From Paramicrosporidium saccamoebae KSL3 (Eukaryota > Fungi > Cryptomycota): a stretch of 32,000 bases of DNA. The stretch is taken from assembly GCA_002794465.1 (NCBI GenBank), contig MTSL01000189.1:1575-33574 (forward strand), given 5' to 3'. The notes below the pieces were generated by a model. It did not search any database and was not told the DNA's origin. It saw nothing but the letters and a program-made list of their open reading frames with translations. Below are positions 1-8,169 of this stretch, piece after piece; position 1 is the first letter of the stretch; every line of letters begins with the position of its first letter. Made by a program: the position numbers and the translations under genes.

Positions 1-299
1 ACCGAGATTGGCACAGATTGGAAGAAAGTATGGGAGTTCAAGTTGCAGTAATCGCCATGCGCCTATCGAGTAGTGGGGGAGATACCACGGACAAAGCCAG
101 GCAGGAAGGGACAAGAAGACGCGGAAGAAAGCTTTTTCACTTCTAGTCCTATACCCAGCTGTTCAATGTAAGCCTGCAAAAACTATAGCGGCGTGTTCCG
201 TATTAAAAGTCTAGTTAAGTGTACAGGCCTCGTGCCGTCCTTTGGTAGCTTAAGGAAAATTGGACTCCTTATACAATTTTTAACTAAGCCACTAAAAGT

Positions 300-521
300 A
301 TGAAGCAGCTCTTCTTTCTCGTCCTCCTAATGATTATCCTCAGCGCTGATGCTTCCTGTTTTGGAAAAAAAAGGTCCAAGAAACCGACGAAAGGAGCTGC
401 CGTAAAGGGCTCGACAGATGCGGCCGAGCCGACAATTGTAGTCGAGCCAACAACTGATTTACTAGAAGTTAAAGGCACGGCCACTGAACCTGCCAAGACT
501 CCAGAGGATGAAGCCAAGTAA
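300..521 (+). CDS. Small secreted hypothetical protein (73 aa)
   Basis: ATG ORF with a signal-peptide-like N-terminus (MKQLFFLVLLMIILSADA), a basic patch KKRSKK and a T/E/P/A-rich tail. AATAAA lies ~25 nt after the stop. No family recognised. Confidence 0.55.
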   Translation: MKQLFFLVLLMIILSADASCFGKKRSKKPTKGAAVKGSTDAAEPTIVVEPTTDLLEVKGTATEPAKTPEDEAK

Positions 522-652
522 CTTTGTTCCGGATACAAAAGACTCAATAAAAATTGACTATTATGTGCGCGGCTGGGTTTCAGAATTCACGACACCAGCC
601 AGGCTAATAATTGCCAGGACATTTAAGGAAATTGTGCATTATTATCCTCCCT

Positions 653-1289
653 ATGGCAAATCCATCCACTCTTGCCAGTCGTCTTGGTACGTAGTAGCAT
701 TGGCTACTAAATTTGTAGAAAGAACGCCGGTTAAGGTTAACAAGTGGAATTCACAAGAAGTTCGTGTGGCTCTCGATGACCTGGTCGCCAAGGTAGGCTT
801 TCAGAATCTGTAACTTTGCAGTACTTTACCGAAGAGGCCCAATATAAGGAAAACACCTCGTTGGTCAACTATAAGCTGCTCTTTGTGCTTACTCTCACTA
901 TTGTTGGTGGAGCAACCAGCTATTATGCCTTTATTACGCCGTTTGCCAAGGGACGCATCCTTGTCGGTGCCGGTGTTGCATTATACATGGTCGTGCTCGG
1001 CTTGTACACTCTCTCGCTGGGCTTTCTGATGACGTCCACCTGTTTCCGTGGCACCCAGCCATCCACCAAGAAGATGGTTTGGATTCAGAGTAAACTCGAA
1101 CTACCAGCTGCCATCTACCATCTGACCCTTTTAAATCCCAAGACGGGAAAGCCGCTAAAGTGCACAAAAAGCTGGTCGATTGGGGCATGGATTTGCGAGG
1201 ACGGAAAAGTGTCACCAACCGCCTTTTGCGCTGATATGGAAGCGTTTATCAAATCTGACAATTTTAAATCCGCCCTTAGATCAGAATAG
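653..1289 (+). CDS. SPC2: Signal peptidase complex subunit 2 (SPC2/SPCS2), three exons
   Basis: Exons 653-686, 719-792, 822-1289; introns 687-718 (GTACGT..TTGTAG, 32 nt) and 793-821 (GTAGGC..TTGCAG, 29 nt) restore one frame. PVKVNKWNSQEVRVALDD matches SPCS2 PVKIDKWDGSAVKNSLDD, followed by YKEN..L and two TM helices. Confidence 0.85.
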
Positions 1290-1296
1290 CTATTAT

Positions 1297-1366
1297 ATTA
1301 TTAAAGACTGATTATTAAGGACCGACTATTAAGGGCTGATCATTAAGGGCTGATTATTAAAGACTG
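1297..1366. repeat. 14-bp tandem repeat x5 (consensus ATTATTAARGRCTG)
   Basis: Units read directly at 1297, 1311, 1325, 1339 and 1353. Confidence 0.9.
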
Positions 1367-1375
1367 AGTAGTCAA

Positions 1376-1471
1376 GACGAAAAAGTGTCGTCGATTTCCT
1401 TTTGCACTGACATGTAAACGTCTATAAAATCTGTCAATTTTAAATCCACTCTTGCTCTTGGGTCAGAATAG
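1376..1471 (+). pseudogene. Decayed duplicate of the last 30 codons of SPC2
   Basis: 1376-1453 aligns without gaps to 1200-1277 at 62/78 identity, and both copies end TCAGAATAG. In the copy ATG GAA has become ATG TAA. Confidence 0.8.
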
Positions 1472-1534
1472 TTAGTCCATTAATAATTGGTATTGGTTCG
1501 AGCCGGCAGCCGGCATAGCCTGGGTATAGAGGAC

Positions 1535-2662
1535 ATGGAAAACATGACCTTTTCTGTTGTGGGTCGTTCTTCAACCACTGCGGCTCGGTTGGGTCGTTTT
1601 TCGCTAGGTTCCAAGTGCATCGAGACTCCTTCGCTGGTCATAGCGACTACTCGAGGCTGTGTGCCTCACCTGACACCCGATACTTTTGCTCGGACAGTGC
1701 AGCCCAAAGACTTTCTCGGCATCGTTTGCTCAACTGAATATCTCCTTGAAGACCAAAGCATTATCCCAAAGACCTGTCCCCATTCCCTCGCCAAGCTGCT
1801 CGGATATGGGGAGAGTGTGCCTGTTATCCTCGCCATCGACGACGTCACATACTGTCATAATGGTGAGCCCAATATGACTAATGGTCTTGATTGGGTCTCT
1901 ATTCTTAATACGGGTGGAGTGTCACAGTACAAAGTCAAAGAAGACACTGAGCGGTTCTTAAAGCATCTAGCTCCAGATGCAATTATTGCTCCTACTGATC
2001 ACTACAACCCAAAGATTGCTCGGCTAAAGAGGATTAGAAAATCGACCGACACTACGAATGCCTATAAAGCCGTATTACTAGAAACTGTGAAGCAGAACTC
2101 TATGGTAGTTCCCTCTCTCATGCTGCACTCTGAAAATGGCGAGACTGAAGAAAAGCAACACTTTGTTTCCGGTGAAATGCAGAAAAGGATGGACAGCCTC
2201 AAGGCCAAGTTGATTTCAGTGATGGGCCTGGAGAGCATGGACACGATCAAATCCATGAGCGCATCCTCTCAAAAGGCCGTCTGTGATTCCGCCCTACTTG
2301 TGCGTGGAGTGCGCGACGCCAAAGAAGTCGTCAAAATTGTTTCTGCAGGCGGTGACTTTGTGGATTCAAAATTTGCCACTGATGCTGCCACAAAGGGACT
2401 TGCCTTGAACATTGCCGAAACGGGTGAAACTGTGACAATAAGTCTTGATGAAGAGTGCCATTTTGAAGACTTTACTGTACTTGATGAAGCCTGTGAATGT
2501 ATTGCGTGTTCTGGCCCAGACAAGACAACCAAATCCTATCTCCATCACTTGGTCAAGTCGTCAGAAATGCTAGCCTATGTCTATCTTTCCTCCCATAACA
2601 TCTGGCAGCTCTGCAGCCTGTTAAAGAAACTTCGTAAATCACTAGACCCGACAAATGAATAA
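1535..2662 (+). CDS. QTRT2: Queuine tRNA-ribosyltransferase accessory subunit
   Basis: TGT-family N-terminus ARLG..IETP....TTRGCVPHLTPD, a Zn site CECIAC..H, and the YLHHL...EML...HN motif. The catalytic-subunit motifs are not evident. First in-frame ATG is 1535 (the ORF track opens at a TTG, 1487). Confidence 0.85.
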   Translation: MENMTFSVVGRSSTTAARLGRFSLGSKCIETPSLVIATTRGCVPHLTPDTFARTVQPKDFLGIVCSTEYLLEDQSIIPKTCPHSLAKLLGYGESVPVILAIDDVTYCHNGEPNMTNGLDWVSILNTGGVSQYKVKEDTERFLKHLAPDAIIAPTDHYNPKIARLKRIRKSTDTTNAYKAVLLETVKQNSMVVPSLMLHSENGETEEKQHFVSGEMQKRMDSLKAKLISVMGLESMDTIKSMSASSQKAVCDSALLVRGVRDAKEVVKIVSAGGDFVDSKFATDAATKGLALNIAETGETVTISLDEECHFEDFTVLDEACECIACSGPDKTTKSYLHHLVKSSEMLAYVYLSSHNIWQLCSLLKKLRKSLDPTNE

Positions 2663-2772
2663 TTAAAGCTAGCAAGTAGAATGTTTATTTTTGTAATCGA
2701 GTTGAAATCCTTTACTATACGGCCTATCGTCAATCTGCATGCTCAACCTCCCAATCAACCCACTATCTCAGG

Positions 2773-4014
2773 CTAAAGGGCATAATGAATGTTCCACATT
2801 GTCTGGCAGCTGCCATGCGAAATTTCGGTTGGCTCAAACGGGTCACAGGCACAGTTGTTCTCCCTGCGGAACACAAAGTCGGCGGGACAGTGGCTGAACG
2901 GGTAGTGACGGTATCCAATGTCATGAAAATAGTGAATCTCCTCGGTGGAAAGGAATAACCCGGCGGCAATCGAATGCACCGGCGCATCGCCCCAGCGCTC
3001 GTAGAAAAAGCCCCCTTTCCGATCAAGAAGCTCGAAATACTGATTATATTCGGGAGAGCGGAAAAAGTCAAAACTGGCAATCTCAAAGTTTGACCAAAAG
3101 TGACAGCCGTTGTATCCGTTTGGTGAAGGCGGACCAAAGTAGCGAATGGCCGGCCTTGAGGTGCCCTCCATGAAGCGGGGACCCTTGGGCAGAAATTCTT
3201 CGGTAATAGTCTTCCACAGAGTAGGGATCGTTTCAGGAATCTCCTGCATCGTAATAACAAACCCGTACTTTTTCCTATTGCTTGCCATGAACCGAAAGAC
3301 GTCATAGTTGACATTGCAGGAGAATTCGACACCGGGCTCCACCCTCCAATAATAGTCGAATTGCTGAAGCAAGGGATGGCGGTAAAAGAATCCCGAGAAA
3401 TAGCGGCACATGAACCGGTACGATTCAGATCCGCCATAGACAATGCCCTTGTCACCCATGGCCTTTCGGGCTTTGGCAGCCTTTTCCTGGTCGATCCACT
3501 CTGGATATGACCAGTGCTCCTCTGGAACCTTTCCAAACTGAACCTGCGCACCAGACCCACGTTCGACAATTCTTGTCATTTCATTCATAAATGCTGTATC
3601 AAATTCTTCATTGTTGAGAAAGACGTATGGGTATTGATATTTTTTGTTGAATCTGGTCTCGAAATTTTTCAGCGTGGCGGCCATTTCCACAAAATCCGAA
3701 TTTCGGCAGAGAATTAGTATCACCGCATTCATCCGTGGCTTTAGTGAATCTAGAACGCTGTCTTTCGGAGACGGCCTGCCGTACGTCTTTGAATAGTACT
3801 TTGTCAGCCAGCTGAGGTTGTCCTCCCTCGGCGTTGCACTGTTCAGCAACAAAACCAGCACAGTCATGAACAGCAGTCCGGACACTATCACACCCAGAAT
3901 CCATACTCGTGGCCGATGGCGCATACTCCGTACCAGCTCGCCGCTGCGGGAAAGACTAAAATCCGAGTCCGAGTCTCCCCGACTCAAGCCAGAATATTTT
4001 GCCTTTAGTCGCAT
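2773..4014 (-). CDS. KTR1: Alpha-1,2-mannosyltransferase, GT15 KRE2/KTR family
   Basis: Type II TM anchor plus the family motifs YGGSESYRFMCRYFSGFF, YYWRVEP, CHFWSNFEI and FFYERWGDAPVHSIA. The symbol is family-level only. Confidence 0.93.
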   Translation of the reverse strand: MRLKAKYSGLSRGDSDSDFSLSRSGELVRSMRHRPRVWILGVIVSGLLFMTVLVLLLNSATPREDNLSWLTKYYSKTYGRPSPKDSVLDSLKPRMNAVILILCRNSDFVEMAATLKNFETRFNKKYQYPYVFLNNEEFDTAFMNEMTRIVERGSGAQVQFGKVPEEHWSYPEWIDQEKAAKARKAMGDKGIVYGGSESYRFMCRYFSGFFYRHPLLQQFDYYWRVEPGVEFSCNVNYDVFRFMASNRKKYGFVITMQEIPETIPTLWKTITEEFLPKGPRFMEGTSRPAIRYFGPPSPNGYNGCHFWSNFEIASFDFFRSPEYNQYFELLDRKGGFFYERWGDAPVHSIAAGLFLSTEEIHYFHDIGYRHYPFSHCPADFVFRRENNCACDPFEPTEISHGSCQTMWNIHYAL

Positions 4015-4337
4015 ACGAGCCGAGCCAAACGGTGATCGGGCTCCAATGAAAAAATAGTCGCAACAAACATGTCATAGCAACCAATAGCCAGAGTGTCGCC
4101 AAGTACAGGGTCATTACTAAAACATTTCAGTTTACGAGTAATAAAACCAGCCCTCCTCTGGGCTATCCAAGAAGAAACCCTCCCCCTCCAATACCTGACC
4201 CCTATTCTCACCCACCTCAAATTAGCCAGTTGCATGACAAAGCTCCAGACCAAGTAGTAACATTGTATTGGCACAGTACTCTTTGTTCATTGCTATTTCC
4301 GGGGCAGTACCCCGGTCGATTTTTTGCATTCACAGGA

Positions 4338-4979
4338 ATGACTTACGAGAAAGTATGCTGTCCACATCCATCCCTCATTATTCGCTAGGTTATTGTAATC
4401 GACGGAAAGGGCCATTTGCTCGGACGTCTTGCTTCGATTGTTGCCAAGCAGGTCCTCAACGGCCAGCGTGTCGTCGTGGTTCGCTGCGAGGAGCTGAACA
4501 TGTCCGGCTCCTTCTTCCGTGCCAAGATGAAGTACCACAACTTTTTGCGCAAGCGCACCCTCTCTAACCCCACCCACGGTGCATTCCATTTCCGCGCTCC
4601 CTCTCGCATCTTCTTCCGCACTGTCCGCGGTATGCTTCCCCATAAGACTGCCCGTGGTGCTGCTGCCATGGAGCGTCTCAAGGTCTTTGAGGGATGCCCC
4701 GAGCCATACTCTACCAAGAAGCGCATGGTCGTCCCCGCTGCGCTCCGTGTGCTTCGCCTGAAGCCTGGTCGTCGTTTTGCTACGCTTGGCCGTCTCTCTC
4801 ACGAGGTTGGCTGGAAGTACCAGGATGTCTTGGCCAAGCTAGAGACCCAGCGCAAGGAAGATGGAAAGACTTATTTCGAGGCAAAGACCAAGGCCACCAA
4901 GGAGATGCGTCGCACTCTCTTCTCCAAGGCCAAGGAACTCGAGCCAGTCCAAAAGGCTCTTGCCCAGTATGGTCATTAA
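4338..4979 (+). CDS. RPL16: 60S ribosomal protein uL13 (yeast L16 / human L13a), two exons
   Basis: Exon 4338-4352 (MTYEK), intron 4353-4388 (GTATGC..CGCTAG, 36 nt), exon 4389-4979 reading [34 protein letters not shown]. Confidence 0.96.
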
Positions 4980-5193
4980 ATAGCGAACCTCCTTGAATAC
5001 ACTTGGTTACATATATTTGTGCAGTATCACGTAACTAGATAATCCGTGCCAAGCGATAAGTGGCAATGAATGGCTCAACTTGATCAGCCCCATCATAGGT
5101 TAGTGTGATTGGCTTTGAAATAATCGCCACTTGGCTGGTCGTTAGTTGTCAGCCACCTATTGTATATAAAAGCTAAGCCTTTGGCTGGAATCG

Positions 5194-7002
5194 ATGCGCC
5201 AGCTGCCTCGTCCAATGTATCTCTCTCAGCATAGCAAACGACGACTGGTGTTTTGTTTCGTTGTGGCGTTGTTGATTGTGTTGGGGATAGTGTATGGCAT
5301 CTTTTGGTGGTTCCCAAAGCACATGCCGAAATGGTGGCCGCGCTGGTTGGGTGGCAGATCGTCGAAACATGTGTATGTATCTTCAAGCTCGTCGTCTAGC
5401 TATGTGAGCTTTGAGTCAAAGAAGAAGCCGATTAAGAAGAAACATACTAAACGCGGGGAGCACAGTATTGCCGGATTTGAGGGTCTTGATGACTTTGGTG
5501 CGGTGCGAAGAAGAACTATGAAGAGTGTAGACAAGCTGCAAGATGCTTTAAACGGTCGAGTCACCAATAATACTACACGTCGGCGAGCAAAAAAGTCTAC
5601 ACTAGTCAGCTTTCTTGGTTCGTCGTCGACTCTATCAGCCAGCTCTTCTGACGAACGTCGTTTTCCCACAAAATACAAAAATTCCAAAGTGTTCTGTGGT
5701 AGACGGATGGATCAGTGGGTCTACAAACTCCACGAAAAGGTCAAGGAGCTGGTTCTTCAGTACGGACAGAAGATTGGGCGTGAATATTTTGAAAATATTG
5801 AGACGTTCTGGCATGATGTACGGCCCAAGAGAGAACTTTTGCTATCCAAGAAGCAGAAAAAGATTGTTGCAGAGCAAATTGAGATTGGTGCTAGAGAAAT
5901 AGCAAAATCTTTAAAGGGAGGGGGAAAACCCGGTAAGCGCGCTGCATCACTATCAGCGTCTTCTGAATCTAGTAATGATGACTCTGTCGAGGTCAAGTCG
6001 AAAAGAATCGCAAAGTCCTTAAAGGGAAAGAGGAGATTAAGAAAGCATGTTACAATTCTGCCGCAATCCTCCGGATCTGCCGAGTCTACCAAGGTCAAGT
6101 CGAGAAGAGTAACAAAGCCCTTGAAGGGAAAGAAGAAATCAAGAAAGCGCATTACCATTCCATCACAATCCTCCGAACCTACCGAGTCTACCGAGGCCGA
6201 GCCTAGAAAAGTAGCAAAGTCTCGGACGGGAAAGAAAAAACCTGATAAGAGCGCTAAAATATCATCACAATCCTCTGAGTCTACCGAGCCCACCGAGTCC
6301 ACCGAGTCTAGTGAGACTGATTTGAAAAAGATGGCAAAGCACTTGAAAGGAACAAAGAGATTAAGCAAGCACACTAAAGTATCATCACACCCCTCCGAGT
6401 CTACCGAGTCTGGTGAGTCTAGTGAGACTGAGGAAGAAATAACGCACGTTTCGGTTGAGGAAAAGAGCCCAAAAAAGCCAGTGGCACCAAAAGTTATCGA
6501 ATCAAAAAAACTTGCTCCGAGAAAAGGGACAAAATCAGCAACGAAAGCAAGTTCTAAAGTATCATCTCCACATGTAACCAAAAACGGGTCTGTCAATGAG
6601 TATTGGAGAGAGTCTTCTTTGGAAGACAGCAGTGAAATTCCCCTAGTTAATCGGTCCGTATCATCGAGCTTCAAAGACCAGAAGACCAGAGTCGAAACAA
6701 AGGCTCCTCCAGCTCGCCACATGTCAAGATCGGCCGTGAAACGTCCATCGCACAGAGAAAAGACTCTTAAGAAAAAGACAGTTAAAACTGCAAATCCCGT
6801 GCCCCTTACTATGCCAAAGACAACAAAGTTCACCCCACTAGACTACGATTCATCAGATGACACTGTCTCTACAAAAGTCAAACCAGCATTGATACCGACT
6901 TGGCGATCTCCGACTAAGCGCAGCGCGCCTACTCCGGTTCGTTCCGACACTGCAAATCACCAATTGTTTGGCGGAAAGTACAAAATAATCGACATGTCGT
7001 AA
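5194..7002 (+). CDS. Hypothetical single-TM Lys/Ser-rich protein with five internal charge-block repeats
   Basis: 602-aa ORF, one N-terminal hydrophobic helix (LVFCFVVALLIVLGIVYGIFWWF), TATATAAAA at 5163. The start could be 5194 or 5215. Confidence 0.75.
   Translation: MRQLPRPMYLSQHSKRRLVFCFVVALLIVLGIVYGIFWWFPKHMPKWWPRWLGGRSSKHVYVSSSSSSSYVSFESKKKPIKKKHTKRGEHSIAGFEGLDDFGAVRRRTMKSVDKLQDALNGRVTNNTTRRRAKKSTLVSFLGSSSTLSASSSDERRFPTKYKNSKVFCGRRMDQWVYKLHEKVKELVLQYGQKIGREYFENIETFWHDVRPKRELLLSKKQKKIVAEQIEIGAREIAKSLKGGGKPGKRAASLSASSESSNDDSVEVKSKRIAKSLKGKRRLRKHVTILPQSSGSAESTKVKSRRVTKPLKGKKKSRKRITIPSQSSEPTESTEAEPRKVAKSRTGKKKPDKSAKISSQSSESTEPTESTESSETDLKKMAKHLKGTKRLSKHTKVSSHPSESTESGESSETEEEITHVSVEEKSPKKPVAPKVIESKKLAPRKGTKSATKASSKVSSPHVTKNGSVNEYWRESSLEDSSEIPLVNRSVSSSFKDQKTRVETKAPPARHMSRSAVKRPSHREKTLKKKTVKTANPVPLTMPKTTKFTPLDYDSSDDTVSTKVKPALIPTWRSPTKRSAPTPVRSDTANHQLFGGKYKIIDMS
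5893..6432 (+). repeat. Five degenerate 34-40 aa coding repeats (xxAKxLKG-basic block-SSES acidic block)
   Basis: Translated units begin REIAKSLKG, KRIAKSLKG, RRVTKPLKG, RKVAKSRTG and KKMAKHLKG, each followed by a SQSSE/STES-type segment. Confidence 0.8.
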
Positions 7003-7095
7003 TATCTGCGCATTTCGAAATGAATAAACACCTAGCATTAACTATGATCAGACTCCCTGGTTTATTAAACATTAACAATCGGCAAGCTGTCATAG

Positions 7096-8035
7096 ATGGC
7101 CCAAGTCCCTCTATTGCACATTGAGGGACGTACATATAGAACTTACGGTATACAGGCACCCGCATGTGTCGCAAGCCATCAAGAGTTGGACGTAATTCTT
7201 GAAAAAAAAGACGTTTCGTCTCTCTTCAACAACAACTCCGAGTTGCGCAGGCTCGAATCGGATTTTCATACTATAATCAACTACAGAGGTATTGGGGATG
7301 GCAGAATCAAGTTTAGTAATATACTTTGTGGTGGATAATCTCTTGTAGACATTAGCGGAGATGAAAGAGGCATAGAGATGACAAGACGGGCTTTGGAGTA
7401 CACTGCGGGTGCAAAGGGAAAGAGGCTAACCCATTTTATATCTATCCCATTAAATCAAAAGGGCAACTTGAGCCAGGCCTTTTTGGAATTCCGTGAAAAG
7501 GTTCTGAGCCAATGTCACAACGTCACACAGAGCATCTTTATGCCCGTCGAAAAGCTACACCTTACAATGTCAGTGCACGCCTTGTCAGACGATAACCTCC
7601 CAACGCTCTGTTCAATCATAGAATCCGCAGTCAAAACAGCCAAGTTGGGCGAGTTGCAGATCCGATTAAAGGGAATAAATGTTATGAGAGGGAGTCCCGC
7701 GCAATGCCATGTTTTGTACGCCCAGATTGAAGAATGTCGTGCTCTGGAAGACTTGAAAACGGCCATTCTGCTGGCACTGATCGAGCAAGGCTACTATAAC
7801 TCTCTGTTTGTCAAGGTATGTCCACGCTCTCTAGTTTGTCTCACTGTAGTGGCACTGTACAATCATGAATAGCAAGTATTCTAACGGGACTCCATTCGAT
7901 ATAAGCAACGTAATGCAACAGTTGCTCCACTTTGATTTTGGCCAAACCGTCGTCAATAGCATCCATCTCTCAATCTTCAATAGACAGTTAGACCCCAGTG
8001 GCTATTACAAAGCCGCGCAGCAGTTTATTCTGTGA
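7096..8035 (+). CDS. ASCC1: ASC-1 complex subunit 1-like (KH-like domain + 2H phosphoesterase), three exons
   Basis: Exons 7096-7315, 7349-7815, 7850-8035; introns 7316-7348 (33 nt) and 7816-7849 (34 nt). The spliced product is 290 aa with THFISIPL, both HxT motifs (KLHLTM, KWHCTIMN), PFD..FG and a GYY terminus. Confidence 0.85.
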
Positions 8036-8169
8036 AATAAAGCCGAGCCTACGTTTAAATATATGGGGCTGGATGAGGCTGGTTCAAAACTCCGACTAGT
8101 CAAGTCGCCATTTTATTGGTACCAATAATCTGATATTGATACGATAAAATCTCCCATCTCATAGCTGCG

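Noticed and set aside
1-51. Possible 3' end of an upstream gene (TEIGTDWKKVWEFKLQ*)
   Set aside because: Too short to support without the preceding sequence.
508-813. Track ORF of 101 aa as a separate gene
   Set aside because: Only 719-792 is coding (SPC2 exon 2). The rest overlaps upstream sequence, exon 1 in another frame, and introns.
5757-6833. 358-aa antisense ORF
   Set aside because: It is a shadow of the K/S-rich repeat gene: the F/L/D-rich composition is the reverse complement of lysine and serine codons.
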